Origin: Mobula hypostoma | Taxonomy: Eukaryota | Reading direction: 5' to 3' | DNA length: 64,000 bases | Assembly (NCBI RefSeq): GCF_963921235.1 | Contig: NC_086099.1 | Coordinates: forward strand, 11,036,001-11,100,000 | In this document: in pieces, positions 1 to 12,915 of the stretch | Layout: every line of letters starts with the position of its first letter | Numbering within the stretch: the stretch's first letter is position 1 | The notes under the pieces: model-generated | Seen by the model: the letters and a program-made list of their open reading frames with translations, nothing else | Told to the model about the DNA's origin: nothing | Databases searched by the model: none | Made by a program: the position numbers and the translations under genes

Positions 1-149
1 AATAGCATCGTACTAACTACAACACTACACGGCACCCCAAAAGTGTTCAAAGTCAGTGGCATAACTTACAATTAACAGCATTACATGCACCTCCTCAGTT
101 AGGTAACTACTGATATTTTACTCCTAACTAGATAAACCTATTATATAGT

Positions 150-555
150 TGGTGGGATTTCAGTTATAGGGAAAGGTTGAATAGGTTGTGTCCTGGAACG
201 TAGAATATTGAAGGGAGATTTGATAGAGGTATACAAAATTATGAGGGTTATAAATAGGGTAAGCAAAAGCAGGCTTTTTCCTGGGGTTGGGCTAAGGCTG
301 AAAGGTGACATATTTAAGGGGAGCCTGAGGGGGATCTTTTTTCATTCAGACAGTTGTGTAATTGTGGAACGAGCTGCCAGTGGAAGTGGTGGATGTGGGT
401 TTGAGTGCTACAATTTAAAAGAAGTTCGGATAAGCACATTGATTGAAAGGGCAAGGAGGGTTATGGTCCAGGTGTGGGTGGATGAGGACTGGGCAGGAAT
501 AACAATTTGATATGGACTAAATGGGCTGAGGGACTTGTTTCTGTGCTGTAGTGTG
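150..555 (+). mobile_element. CR1 LINE 3' fragment (decayed ORF2 C-terminus and 3' UTR)
   Basis: ORF 208-510 starts (M)KGDLIEVYKIMR, the CR1 RGDLIEVYKI motif. It is followed by the gggctgagggacttgtttctgtgctgta 3' UTR. Confidence 0.85.
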
Positions 556-920
556 GGAGGTCGGGTGGAGATATGTCTCTACCAAAGGAGGTGCAGGGTG
601 CCTTACTCTGCTAGACTGCGGGTCTAGACCCTTGGGCAAGGTGTAGCACCTGTTTAGCCCCTGATCAGGGTCACGTGAAGCCATGGGAGGAGCTGGTGCA
701 TACCACAAGTCCTGGTTGTGCGACCACTGACATCAGGTAGGCAATCTCTGAAGAGTATCGATAATAGCTGAGGTCACCTGTCTTGTAAAGACACTGCCCA
801 GGAGAAGGCGATGGCAAACCCTTTCTGTAGAAAAATCTTCCAAGAACAATGATGATCACGGGAAGACCATGATCACCCATGTCATATGACATGGCACATC
901 ATGATGATAATGATGATGAG
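556..920 (+). mobile_element. RTE-related SINE-like non-autonomous element
   Basis: Contains GAAGGCGATGGCAAACC (Bov-B/Bov-A-like motif, from recall) and a (GAT)n tail. Homologous copies lie at 15890-16190 and 30310-30670. Confidence 0.6.
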
Positions 921-1019
921 TGCTCTATGACTAGACAATGAATCATGTAAAGATCTAACTTGCATTATTGTCTATTGTTAATCTGTTTATATTGAATATT
1001 CTACACCTAAAATGAATTA

Positions 1020-1427
1020 TGATCTTTAATCTCAGAATCAGAGGACACAGCCTTAGATTAGAGGGACATCCTTTCAGAACAGAGAAGAGCTGCCTGGCCT
1101 GCTGCGTTCACCAGCAACTTTGACGTGTGTTGCTTGAATTTCCAGCATCTGCAGAATTCCTGTTGGCGGTGAGAGAAGAGGAGATATTTCTTTAGCCAGA
1201 GAGTGCTGAGTCTGTGCAATTCATTGCCCCAGGCGGCTGTGGAGACCAAGTCACTGGGTATATTTAAGGCAGAGATTGATAGATTCTTGATTGGTCAGGG
1301 CATTAAGGGTTCTAGGGAGAAGGCAGGAGATTGGGCTGAGAGGGAAAATGGATCAGTCATGATGAAATAGCAGAACAGTTGATGGGCCAAATGGCCTAAT
1401 TTTGATCCTATATTGTATGGTCTTATG
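1020..1427 (+). mobile_element. CR1 LINE 3' fragment interrupted by a PLE insertion
   Basis: Carries the agaggacacagccttagattagagggacatcc ... ggcctaattttgatcctatattgtatggtcttatgg CR1 end. Confidence 0.8.
1090..1171 (+). mobile_element. Penelope-like element 3' tail insertion, young subfamily, with 9-bp TSD
   Basis: AGAGAAGAG flanks it at 1081-1089 and 1172-1180. The sequence is nearly identical to the arms of the 35079-35372 element. Confidence 0.8.
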
Positions 1428-1609
1428 GATTTACATTATACTGTATATGGAATTAAAAGATTCTTGGCCAAACCTGATGAGCAATACAGATGAGCATTCA
1501 AATAATTTATCATAAATAGCACACAAGTAACTAATCTAATCATGAGGTGATGACTCTATCCACAAATTTCTGTTCCTCATTTGCACCACCATCAAGAGCC
1601 AACCATATT

Positions 1610-1905
1610 AAAGATTAGCTTTATTTGTCACACGTACATCGAAACATACAGTGAGGTGCGTCGTTTTGCACCAGTGACCAACAAAGTCTGAGGATGTGAA
1701 AAGCCTGCAAAAATGTCTGTCACGCTTCTGACGCATATCTTACTAGCACTAACCGAATGTGTTTAGAATGCAGAGGAAACTGGAGCACCCGGTGGAAACC
1801 CATGAGGTCACAGGGAGAACATACAAACTCCTTACAGACAGTGGTGGAATTGAACTCTAATCACTGGTGTGGTAAAGGCATTACACTAACTGGTACATTT
1901 CCACG
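1610..1905 (-). mobile_element. tRNA-derived V-SINE (HE1-like), decayed
   Basis: Reverse complement of the V-domain core (ggaaactggagcacccggtggaaaccca ... acaaactccttacagacag). Confidence 0.75.
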
Positions 1906-2149
1906 CCATTTTACTTGTAAAGTCATTTCCTTTTCCTCGATAACCTTTAAACATAATCTGTCAACTATTTTTTTTATTGTCACTGACTATATCTTTAGTT
2001 GTGCAACAAACATGATATAAATGCAGGCTGCTTCAGTAGTTAGTCAGAATTTGAAATATATATCGACATGTGGTGGAGAGTACATGTAGAGGCTGCATCA
2101 CAGACTGGTGTAGAAGCACCAATCCCATCCCCACCTTTGAGCTACAAGA

Positions 2150-2605
2150 ACCTTTGTTGCAGGAAAGCAGCATCCATCATCAAGGACCTCCCACCATCCA
2201 GGCCATGCTCTCTTCTTGCTGCCTTCATTAGGAAGGAGGTACAGGAGCTAAGTTCAGGTTCTGAAACAGTTATCAACTATCAGGCTCCTGAACCAGGATG
2301 GATAACTTCATTCACCTTAAATCTGAACTGATTCCACAACCTATGGACTCACTTTCAAGGGTTCTAAAACTATATTCTCAATATTCATTATTTATTTATT
2401 ATTATCTTTATTCTGTGTTTTTTTTGGTATTTGCACAATTTACTGTCTTTTGTATATTGGCTGTTTGTCCACCTTTGTTTGTGTGCCACTTTTCATTGAT
2501 TCGAATGTATTTCTTTTTATTTACCACAAGAAAATGAATCTCAAGGGTCGTATATGGTGACATATATGTACTTTGATAATAAATAAATTTACTTTGAATG
2601 TTGAA
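2150..2605 (+). mobile_element. Rex1/Babar-type LINE 3' end
   Basis: RKAASIIKD remnant plus the family 3' UTR ending gtactttgataataaaataaatttactttgaa. Confidence 0.75.
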
Positions 2606-2703
2606 TATGAAAACAACTTGCATGACACACATTTTCCCTATGATGGTGTCTTCATATCTGAAAGTGTAAAACATTGGAGTGTGCAACTGAAAAGGTCTAT
2701 GGT

Positions 2704-3258
2704 CTATCAAGTCAGGTCAAGTCAAGTCACTTTTTATTGTCATTTCAACCATAACTGCTCGTACAGAACATAGTAAAAATGAGACAACGTTTTCCAGGAC
2801 CATGGTGCTACATGAAACAATACAAAAACTACACTGAACTATGTAAGAAAAAAACACAAAAACTAGACTATCCAGGACTGCATAAAGTGCACAAAACAGT
2901 GCAGGGACTACAATAAATAATAATAAATAATAAACAAGACAGTAGGCACAGTGGAGGGCAGTAGGTTGGTGTCAGTCCAGGCTCTGGGTATTGAGGAGTC
3001 TGATGGCTTGGGGGAAGAAACTGTTACATAGTCTGGTCATGAGAGCCCGAATGCTTCGGTGCCTTTTTCCAGATGGCAGGAAGGAGAAGGGTTTATATGA
3101 GGGGTGTGTGGGGTCCTTCATAATGCTGTTTGCTTTGCGGATACAGCGTGTGGTGTAAATGTTTGTGATGGCGGGAAGAGAGACCACGATGATCTTCTCA
3201 GCTGACCTCACTATCCGCTGCAGGGTCTTGCAATCCAAGATGGTACAATTTCCGAATT
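2704..3258 (-). mobile_element. Rex1/Babar LINE 3' fragment, relatively young, with 8-bp TSD
   Basis: ORF 2972-3238 reads LQRIVRSAEKII...RCIRKANSIMKDPTHP...LPSG...NSFFPQAIRLLN. It has a (TGACT)n tail, and TCTATGGT flanks it at 2696-2703 and 3259-3266. Confidence 0.85.
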
Positions 3259-3519
3259 TCTATGGTAACATCTTCAAAGTTCAAAGTAAATTTATTATCA
3301 AAGTATATATATGTCACCATATACAGCCCTGACAAATATTTTCCTGCGGGCATTCACAGTAGAAATTTCACGAATAGCTTTGTCCAGTTTTACAGACTTT
3401 TCACAACTACTGCATCTCCAGCATCTGCAACAACATGACTCCTTCCAACTTTACCAGTAAATGAGCCATAAGTTTATTCAACATTCCAGAATAACATGGA
3501 AGCAGTCATAGTTTGTTCA

Positions 3520-4155
3520 GGGTGAGATACAACATCGACTGGGTAGCCATCTTTGCTCTGTCCACAACAAGCAGGATTTCCCATTTTAATTCCACTGCCC
3601 ATTCCCATTCTGATATGTTGGCCCTTGGCTTCTTCTACTGCCTCGATGAGGTCACATTCAGGTTGGGGGAGACATACCTCATATTCTGAAGAGGTAACCT
3701 GCAATCCAGTGGCATGCACATTGACTTCTTGAATTTCCAGTATTTTTTTTTCACCTTCCCCTTCCCTCTTTTTCCATTCCCCATTCTCCCCTTCTCTTCC
3801 TCACCTGCATATCACCTCCCTCTGATGCCCTTCCTCCTTCCCTTTCTTCCCTGGTCTACTCTCCTCTCCTATCAGAGTCCTTCTTCTTTAGCCCCTCACC
3901 TCTTCCACCTAACACCTCCCACCTTCTCACTCCAACTCCACTCCCCCACCTATCCACCTCCCCCCACACCTGGCTTCCCCTATCACCTTCTAGCTTGTAC
4001 CCCCTCCCCTAGCCCCACATTCTTATTCTGGTATCTTTCCCCTTGCCTTTCCAGTCCTGATGAAGGTTCTCGGCCCAAGACGTCGACCCATTATTCTGTT
4101 TCGTGGGTGCTGCCTGACCTGGTGAGTTCCTCCAGCATTTTGTGTGTGTCACTCA
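3520..4155 (+). mobile_element. Penelope-like element 3' end: GIY-YIG endonuclease C-terminal remnant, pyrimidine tract, degenerate hammerhead
   Basis: The decayed frame reads HFNSTAHSHSDM...LIF..GNLQSSGMHIDF.NF. A CAGTCCTGATGAAGG..CGGCCC motif lies at 4052-4076. Confidence 0.8.
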
Positions 4156-4539
4156 AAGTTTGTTTCAATAGTCTAATTCCAATGCTTTCAGTTCTCCCTG
4201 AGTTTTCATCTCCATGCATTATTTAATAGCTGAGATAATTTGGCAAGCCGATGCCAATGGCTTCTGGTGTGAATGCAGTTCCTCACTTCCAGTCAACAGG
4301 GGTGTGAGGCATTACTGTACACTGGCTGAGAACCAACTCTTCTTCCTCACAGCGGAACAGGATGATTGCGACAGAATGTAACACAGTCACTGGGTATTGC
4401 AAAGGCAGTCTACCCTTGGATGACAAATTCTGAATTCAGCCCACAATACAAATTGCCAGTTTGAAACCTAAACATTAAGAACATTTACTGCCTTTACTCC
4501 CGAGCCTGTCTGCGAAAGGAGGAGGGTTGAGCACAGGGC

Positions 4540-4995
4540 TAGAAATGTAAACTCCGACAAACTTCTATAGGACTGCGGTGCAGAGTGTATTCACTGGCTA
4601 CAGCATGGTTTGGTACGGAAACACCAATGGTCTTGAATGGAAAGTACTGGATACAGCTCAGTCCACCGTGGGCAAAATTCTCCCCACCATTGAAAACATC
4701 TACATGGAGCACTGTCACAGGAAAGCAGCATCCATCATCAGCCCAGGCTTCGTCAAGCTCTCTTCTCGCTGCTGCCACTAGGAAGGAGGTACAGGAGTCT
4801 CAGGACTCACACAATCAGGTTCGGGAACAGCCTACTCCTCAAGCATCAGGCTCTTGAACCAGAGGAGATAAATAACTTTACTCACCCCACCACTAACTGT
4901 TCCCACAACCTATAGACTCCATTTCAAGGACTCTTCATCTTATGTTTTCGACATTTATGCTTACTTATTTACTCCGATTTTGTTTTGTATTTGCA
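4540..4995 (+). mobile_element. Rex1/Babar-type LINE 3' fragment
   Basis: ORF 4578-4781 reads VWYGN...LPTIENIYMEHCHRKAASII. Confidence 0.8.
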
Positions 4996-6069
4996 CAAAA
5001 TATGGTAGGTTTTCTTCTAACAAGAGATCTGTGATCGCAATGTATATAAGGTTTATGGGTTCCTGATTAGTAAGGGGGTCAAAGGTTACTGAGAAAAGCA
5101 GAATGGGATTGAGAGGGTTAATAAACAGCAATGATGGAAAGGTGGAGAAGAACCGACAGGCCAAATGGCCTAATTCTGCTCCTGTGTCTTCTGATGAGAA
5201 GCTATGCTTCAAGAGTACAGAGGACTCTATTCCAGGTTACTGAGGAAAATCCAATGTAAAGAGCAAGAAAACAACGATTATGTATCAATTTCTGAAATGT
5301 ATTATTACAATAATACAAGCTAGGCTTTGAAAGATAGGGTTAACAATAACTGCAGTTAAACAATTATCCTTAGATCTCCCCACAGTCTCTGAGCATGCTG
5401 AAAATGAGTTATTGGAAAAAGAATACTTTCCCCAGGAGTTTTGTCATTCTGGGAGTAGGAAACCTTCCTCCAGAGCTACAATTTGTTCTTGGCTCTGAGA
5501 ACACAGCATCCAATATTCTGATATTAATTTATTTTCTTTAATTATTACTTTAACTGCTTAAAATACTCGCATGTTAAATATGGAAGGAGGAAGATTGTTA
5601 GAAGCTGGGCTATGTTTGACATTTTCCAGAAAGACCTCAGAAGGTTAATTGCAAGTCGTAATTTAGACCAAATGTTGGTGAGGGGGAATGATTAAAAGAC
5701 CAGCGACATAAGTGAAGCATATTACAGTACTAGCAAAGGCACCGGAAGGAAATCCCACCCACCTCACCCCGTCCTTATTCTATCAACCTGCAATTGCAAT
5801 AATCAGAAGCAGATGTCGGAGCTTCCAGATCTTTCTCCCAGGACAAACACACAAAGCCCAGTCCTGGCGTTTGCCATCCAACAGTAATTGAAACCATATT
5901 AGCTTCAGAACAGCCCATGCGAGTGCTTTCCCAGCAAGGAGAGTGAAACCAAAGGACCCACTGTGCACTAAGTGCGCGGTGCACCATGAAAACAAGTGTA
6001 CATAGCTACAGAAACCGCCTGTAAACCTGGATCCAAAAATTTTATGCACCCTAGATTTTTTTAATATTG

Positions 6070-6427
6070 TTTCAGATGGTACGGCCTCCAACGAGCCCTG
6101 ATCTCAACACCATCAAGATTGTCATTACCTGGAGAGATAGAAGCAAGCAAGACAGTCAAACCCCACAGAAGAACTTTGGCAAGTTCTCCAAGATATCTGG
6201 AACAATTGACCAGCCAATTTTCTTATAAAACTGCATGGCAGAGTATCTAAGAGAACTGATGCAGTTTTAAAGGTAAAGGGTGGTCGCAACAAATTTTGAC
6301 TTAGCTTTTTACTGTTCACTGCTCTTTATAGTCACTTTTTTGATATTTAGAAACTTTTCGTTATTTTTCTAAGTATCTTCGCTTTACAGAATTTTTTACA
6401 TGTGCCTAAGTCTTCTGTACAGTACTG
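6070..6427 (+). mobile_element. Tc1/mariner transposon 3' remnant with right TIR
   Basis: Decayed SPDLN...EELWQVLQDIWNN...DAVLKVKGG frame. It ends cctaagtcttctgtacagtactg followed by TA. Confidence 0.75.
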
Positions 6428-6464
6428 TACACACAAAAGATGGTAGCTTGCCCCAGGAACTTAA

Positions 6465-6870
6465 GTCAGGGGCTGATAAACAGAGTGAATGTGGAGAGGA
6501 TGTTCTCAATAGTGGGGGAGTCTAGGACCAGAGGACACAGCTTTAGAACACAAGGACGTCCCTTTAATGGCTCTGGGCCTTACTCACTGGAGTTTATAAG
6601 AATGAGGAGAAATTTATTGAATATTGAAAGGCCTAGATAGAGAAAATAAAGCTTGGCTCAGAATACAAGCACGCCCCTATAAAACAGAGATGAGGAAGAA
6701 TTTCTATAAGCCAGAGGGTGGTGAATTTATGGAGTTCATTGCCCCACACGGCTCTAGAGGACAACTCATTGGATATATTTAAAGCGGCGGATGAAAAGTT
6801 TCTGGTGAGCCAGGGCGTCAGTGGTAATGAGGAGAAGGCAGGAGTGTGGGGCAGAGAATGGAAATAAATC
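6465..6870 (+). mobile_element. CR1 LINE 3' fragments in scrambled order
   Basis: An RVNVERMFSIVGESRTRGH segment precedes an upstream GLYSLEF.RMR segment, and the RT end then resumes. Confidence 0.7.
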
Positions 6871-7050
6871 AGGAGTTTGTAGGTGGGTTTCCTCCGGGTG
6901 CTCTGGTTTGCTCCCACATTCCAAAGACGTACCCGGTAGTGGGTTAACTGGTCATTGTAAATTGTCCTGTGATCAGGCTAGGGTTAAATTGATGGGTTGC
7001 TGGACAATGTGGCTCAATGGTCCGGAAAGGCCCGTTCTGCACTGTAAATA
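6870..7050 (+). mobile_element. V-SINE fragment
   Basis: Contains gtgggtttcctccgggtgctctggtttgctcccacattccaaagacgtac, the V-domain. Confidence 0.8.
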
Positions 7051-7404
7051 AAACACCAAACTTCACATTGCTGAATTACTGTGCATACATTGCTTGATTT
7101 TCATCATGAATAATTCAACCCAGGCTTTCCTCTGTTAAGAGATATTCCCGTTGTCCGATGAGTCACTCCTCCACCCTCTCTGAAGCTTAAAACTGATCAG
7201 TTTTTTTCACCTGTTCAGTCCTGACGAAGGGTTATTACTGCATTCCTCTTTCTACAGATGCTCCCCAACCTGATGAGCATGTCCAGTGTTTTCTGTTCCT
7301 TCATCAGAATGTCAGCATTTTTATTTTCAATAAATAAACAGATCATGTGGTTATTAATGCATGACATTTATTGAGAGTTTATCATGTGAAAATTAGATCA
7401 TTTA

Positions 7405-7710
7405 AAGATTAGATTTATTGATCACATGTACACCGACACAGACAGTGAAATGCATTTTTTTGCATCAAATCAAATCAGTGAGGACTGTACTGGGCAGCCC
7501 ACAAGTGACGTCACACTTAGCATGCCCAAATTGACTAACCCTAACCCATACATCTTGAGGAATGTGTGAGCAAACTGGAGCACCTGAAGGAAACCGACAT
7601 GGTCACAGGCAGAATGAACAAACTCCTTACAGGAGAATGGCAGGATTCAAATCCTGATCTCACAGAAGGTGCTGTAAAGTGGTTTACTAACCTCTGTGCT
7701 ACCATGCTGT
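7405..7710 (-). mobile_element. V-SINE
   Basis: Reverse V-domain plus a tRNA-like head. Confidence 0.7.
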
Positions 7711-7977
7711 GCCACTGCTGTATGTACTGTGCTGTGCTGCTGCTTTTCTGCAACAGCGATTATGTTCATAAAATACATATTTGACTTGAAGCATTTTGCA
7801 GTCTTGAACAGGCATTATATGAACACAAAGATTTCTTTTATTCAACCTTACAGACTTTTAAAACCCAAGTTTAAAGTTCAAAGTAAACTTATTATCAGAG
7901 TAATATGTCACCATCTACTACCCTGAGATTCATTTTCTTGTGGGCATTCACAGTAAACACAGAGAAACAAATAGAAT

Positions 7978-9322
7978 CAAAGATCATCAAGTATATAAAG
8001 GGTAAAAGATAGTCGAGGGTAGATATAGGACCAATACAAAATGACGCTGGAGATATTGCAATGAGAGATGTCGAGATGGCAGAGGGACTGAATGCGTATT
8101 TTGCATCCGTCTTCACAGTGGAAGATGTCTGCAGTATAGCAGACATTCAAGTGTGTCAGGGAAGTGAAGTTTGTGCAGTGAAAATTACCAATGAGAAGAT
8201 GCTCAGGAAGGTTAATGGTCTGCGGGTGGGTAAATCTCCTGGACCTGATGGATGGAAGGCAGAAAACAGAGAGTGGGAATAAAGGGGTCCTATTCTGGTT
8301 GACTGCTGGTTACCAGTGGAGTTCCACAAGGGTCAATGTTGGGACTGCTGCTTTTTACAATGTATGTCAATGATTTGGACTATGGTATTAATGGATTTGT
8401 GGCTAAATTTGCCGATGATACAAAGATAGGTGGAGGAGCGGGTAGTGTTGAGGAAACAGAGAACCTGCAGAGAGACTTAGATAGTTTAGGGGAATGGGCA
8501 AAGAAGTGGCAAATGAAATACAATGTTGGAAAGTGAATGGTCGTGCACTTTGGTGAAAGAAAAAAATGGGAGACTATTATTTAGATGGGGAGAGAATTCA
8601 AAATGCAGAGATGCAAAAGAACTTGGGAGTCCTTCTGCAAGATACCCTAAAGGTTAAAGGTTGAGTGGGTTGTGAAGAAGGCGAGTGCAATGTTGGCATT
8701 CATTTCTAGAGGTATAGAATATAAGAGCAGGGCTGTGATGTTGAGGCTCTATAAGGCACTCGTGAGACCACACTTGGAGTATTGTATGCAGTTTTGGGCT
8801 CCTTATTTTAGAAAGTATATACTGACATTAGAGAGGGTTCACCACTCGAATGATTCCAGGAATGAAAGGGTTACTGTATGAGGAACGTCTGGCAGCTCTT
8901 GGGCTGTATTCTCTGGAGTTCAGGAGAATGAGGGGGCATCTCATAGAAACATTCCAAATGTTAAAAGGCCTGAACAGATAAGATATGGCAAAGTTATTTC
9001 CCATGGTAGGGGGTTCTAGAACAAGAGGGCACAACTTCAGGATTGAAGAACGTCCATTTAGAACTGAGATGCGGAGAAATTACTTTAGTCAGAGGTTGGT
9101 AAATCTGTGGAATTTCTTGCCACGAGCGGCTGTGGAGGCCAAGTTATTGGGTGTATTTAAGGCAGACATTGATAGGTTCTTGATTAGCCAGGGCATCAAA
9201 GGGTATGGGTGAAGGCAGGGGAGTGGAGATGACTGGAAGAATTGGATCAGCCCATGATTGAATGGTGGAGCAGACTCGATGGGCCGAATAGCCTACAACT
9301 GCTCCTATACCTTATGGTCTGA
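7978..9322 (+). mobile_element. CR1 LINE, longest copy; internally deleted ORF2 reverse transcriptase pseudogene
   Basis: ORFs read MAEGLNAYFASVFT..KSPGPDG, LLFTMYVNDLD..VAKFADDTKIGG, YKALVRPHLEYCMQFWAP and RTRGHNFRI. Frameshifts and stops separate them. Confidence 0.93.
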
Positions 9323-9879
9323 TGGTATTATCATCAGACCACAATTCTATTCATTTCAATTTTACTATTTACTATTTACTACCTACAGACTTTTAAAACC
9401 CAAGTTTAAAGTTCAAAATAAACTTATTATCAGAGTAATGTGTTACCATCTACTACCATTTACTATTTTACTAAAAGTCTAACAATTTGGGAAGAAAAAA
9501 AATTCCAGATCGTGTTTGTAAACTGAGCGGTTGTTGAATGAGTGCTTCATAGAACTTCCAGAAACAATGAATGAGAGAAATCAAAGAAAAGTTCATTAAT
9601 TAAACGTGAATTGGGTAAATATCAAGTACTTTGAAGGCCAGCCTGCTTTTCTTCATCTCGCTGTTCAAAATAGATTTATTATGAAAGTACATATACGTCA
9701 CCATATACAACCATGGGATTAATTTTCTTGTGGGCACACTCCATAAATCCACAATGGAATAATAACCATAATAGGATCAATGAAAGACCGCACTAACTTG
9801 GGTGATCAATCAGTGTGCAAAAGACAATACAAAAAGAAAGATATAATAATAATAATAATAAATAAATAAGCAATAACAT

Positions 9880-10290
9880 CATGGCCACCAAGAGGACCAA
9901 AACCTTGGCGTGGTTTGGTAGCCTGTGTGCCGCAATGACCTGGAAGGCTATGCTGGCTGTAGTCAGGGCTTTATTGCTTTGGCTCTTGGTAGTGTGACCC
10001 ATGCCAAACAACTAAAAGGGTAGAGGACAAACTAAGAGAGGTCCACCAGTCCTACAGGTTTGGCGATCAGCCCAGGGCTGGTAAAACAGAATTGTTATGG
10101 AAGCAGCAATGAAGAATCCTCATACACCTGAGTGTGACGGTATCCCTGAGTCTCCACCCAGGACATGCATGACTGACAACCGAGAAGAAGCTGTTGACAT
10201 GACGAAGGAAGCCTTGAAGACCGCCAAAGACAGAGGATCTTCATTGCTGCCCTAGACACTAGCGGTGTAACAAGCTGTAAGAAGAAGGAG
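9880..10290 (+). mobile_element. RTE/Expander-like non-autonomous element
   Basis: 5' motif gctatgctggc...ggtagtgtgacccatgccaaaca and RTE-like 3' end ttcattgctgcccta...gtaagaagaag. Family assignment is from recall. Confidence 0.5.
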
Positions 10291-11099
10291 AATAACATCT
10301 GGCAAAAAAAGTGCTGCCAAGCTTCTCATTAAAGATCACCACTGTACTATTTGGAGATGTTCAATTAGTTACATGTGGGAAATAGATTCTGTATTAGGTT
10401 CATCACCAATATGCTGATTAATAACCATGTACTAATAACTAGATGATCTATTTAGTTATTACTGCACACGCAGGAGTTCTGAGATGATTTCATAGTGTAT
10501 GTAAATATAATCAATACCTTCTACTTTTAAGCAAAGGACTTTGGTGACAAACAAATCTCCATTTTACTTAAATCAGAAAGCACATTTTATGAAGTGGTAC
10601 ACTGACTCAAATTTCTGGTGCCCCTAGCCCCGAAATATACTCAACCTACACACTTCCTCAAAAGCTACATTTGATGAAGTTTAGAAGATTTAACCGCAAT
10701 ATGCCATTAATGTATGCTGTGCTCGACTTTCTCTTTCAGACCTCGGTTGAATTCACAACCATCTTCTTTGCCATGTCACTGTTTTACTTTATGCTACATG
10801 CCAATCTTTCAGATCCATTGCCTATATCATTCTATTCCCTCATTACTGAAATCCAGTTTCTCAATCACACAGAATCCACTCACTTCAGCATCGAGTTAGC
10901 ACGGCAATAAAATTTCAGAGGCGGATTAAACTGAACTGTCAATATACTTAGCACACCTGACCAGCACTAGATTGCTGACCATACTGGTTTTACAATACGT
11001 TCTATTAATTCAAGAGGGAATAAGTTGCAAACTGCTCTATAAATACTTCAAATATTTTAAAGTTAGATACTTGACCCCCATCATTTTATTATTTTATAT

Positions 11100-11345
11100 T
11101 TAGAGATACAGCCTGGTTACAGGCCCCCCCCAGCTCAATGAGTTAATGCTGCCCAATTACAACCATGTCACCCATTAACCTACTAACTGTACGTCTTTAG
11201 AACGTGGGATGAAACCAGAGCATCTGGAGGAAACCTGTGCAGCCACAGGAAAATATACAAACTTCTTACAGATAAAAGTAGGAAATCAACTGGGTCTCTA
11301 GCACTGTAATAGTATTATGCTAACTGCTAGGCTACAGTGGCACCC
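11100..11345 (-). mobile_element. V-SINE
   Basis: Reverse V-domain (gaaaccagagcatctggaggaaacc). Confidence 0.7.
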
Positions 11346-11709
11346 AATTAATTTTGTTTACATAGAGCATTCTTTAAGAGTCCTCAAAAAGCTTATGTGC
11401 ATTTGTTTCATCCTTATAAAACTTCTCACTTACTTCTTCGAGATAAAAGATGCCATTTTTTGGGAAGACAGAGAAAACTCTTTGATCCATTCATTGTTTG
11501 ATCTTTTCCTTCATTAATGCGGTAAGTGTATCATTATTACTTGTGACTTTTTATTTTAATCCAGAGAATTTCATTCATCTTATCCCAATTTTCAAATGAT
11601 TCAGTTCTGACTTCTTCCTCAATCCTACATTTACTTCTTTGAATTTATTGCCTTCTAAGGATACATTTACATCTTAAAATATCCAATTACCTTGTTTATG
11701 TTACATTTT

Positions 11710-12250
11710 AAGAGCAGTTTTTGGACACGTATCTAAGAAAGGATGTGCTGGAATTGGAGAGGCTCCAGTGAAGGTTTACAAGAATATTCCTGGGAATGAA
11801 AGGGTTAACATTTGAGGACCATTTGATGGCTCTGGGCCTGTACTCATTGCAGTTTAGCAGATGGAGGGGGAATCTCACTGGAACATAACAAACATTGAAA
11901 GGCCCGAATAGAATGGACATAGAGAGGATGCTTCCTGTAGTGGGGAGTCTAGGACCAGAGGGCACAGCCTCAGAATTGAGGGATGTCCCTTTGGAACACA
12001 GATGTGGAGGAATTCCTTCAGCCAGAGGTGGTGAATTGGTGGAATTCATGACCACAGATGGCTGTGGAGGCCAAGTCATTTGGTATATTTAAAGCAGAGG
12101 TTGATAGGTTCCTGATTAGCCAGGATGTCAAAGGTTACTGGGAGAAGGCAGGAGAATGGAGAGGGATAATATATCAGCCATGACAATATGGTGGAATACG
12201 CTTAATGGGCTAAATGGCCTATCCATTCATCTCCTACATTTTATGGTCTT
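11710..12250 (+). mobile_element. CR1 LINE 3' fragment
   Basis: Frame reads QFLDTYLRKDVLELERLQ.RFTRIFLGMKGL and is followed by the CR1 3' UTR. Confidence 0.85.
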
Positions 12251-12426
12251 ACATGAAATGACATACTCCTTGAACCCGGTATGGCTGGTAAAGTCAGCCT
12301 GAATTTTCAGTATGTGTTGCGAAGATGAACTCACAGCAGAATTAGATAAGATTACTTTTATTTGCCACATGCATAACAAAGCATCAAAATGTACAGCAAA
12401 GTGTGTCATTTGCATCAATGACCTGC

Positions 12427-12915
12427 ACATCTACATGGAGCGTTGTCACAGAAAAGCAGCATCCATCATCAGGAACCGCCATCGTTCAGGCCATGCTCTT
12501 CTCTCATTGCTGAGGTACAGGAGCCCTAGAACCCACACCACCAGGTTCAGGAGCAGTTACTACAGCTCAACCATCAGGGTCTTGAAGCAGTGGGATTAAC
12601 TTCATTCAACCCAAACCTGAACTGCTCCCACAACCCATGGACTCACTTTCAAGGACTCTTCATCTCATGTTCTCAGTATTTATTGCTTATTCATTATGAT
12701 GATGATGATGATGATTATTCTAATTACTTTTTCTTGTTGTATTTGCACAGTTTATTGTCTTTTGCACACTGGTGTCCGCCCTGTTGGTGCGGTCTTTCAT
12801 CGATTCTATTAGGATTATTGGATTTATTGACCATGCCCACAAGAAAATGAATCTCAGGGTATTATACAGTGACATATATGTACTTTGATAATAAACTTAT
12901 TTTGAACTGTGAACT
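12427..12915 (+). mobile_element. Rex1/Babar-type LINE 3' end
   Basis: Reads HIYMERCHRKAASII...THTTRFRSSYY..TIRVL, followed by the family UTR. Confidence 0.8.

Noticed and set aside
3714-4226. 170-aa Pro/Ser/Phe-rich ORF
   Set aside because: It is the translation of the PLE pyrimidine-rich tail and has no gene context.
5775-6000. Overlapping minus-strand ORFs in unique sequence
   Set aside because: There are no recognisable motifs or splice signals, and the longer ORF starts inside a Tc1 remnant.
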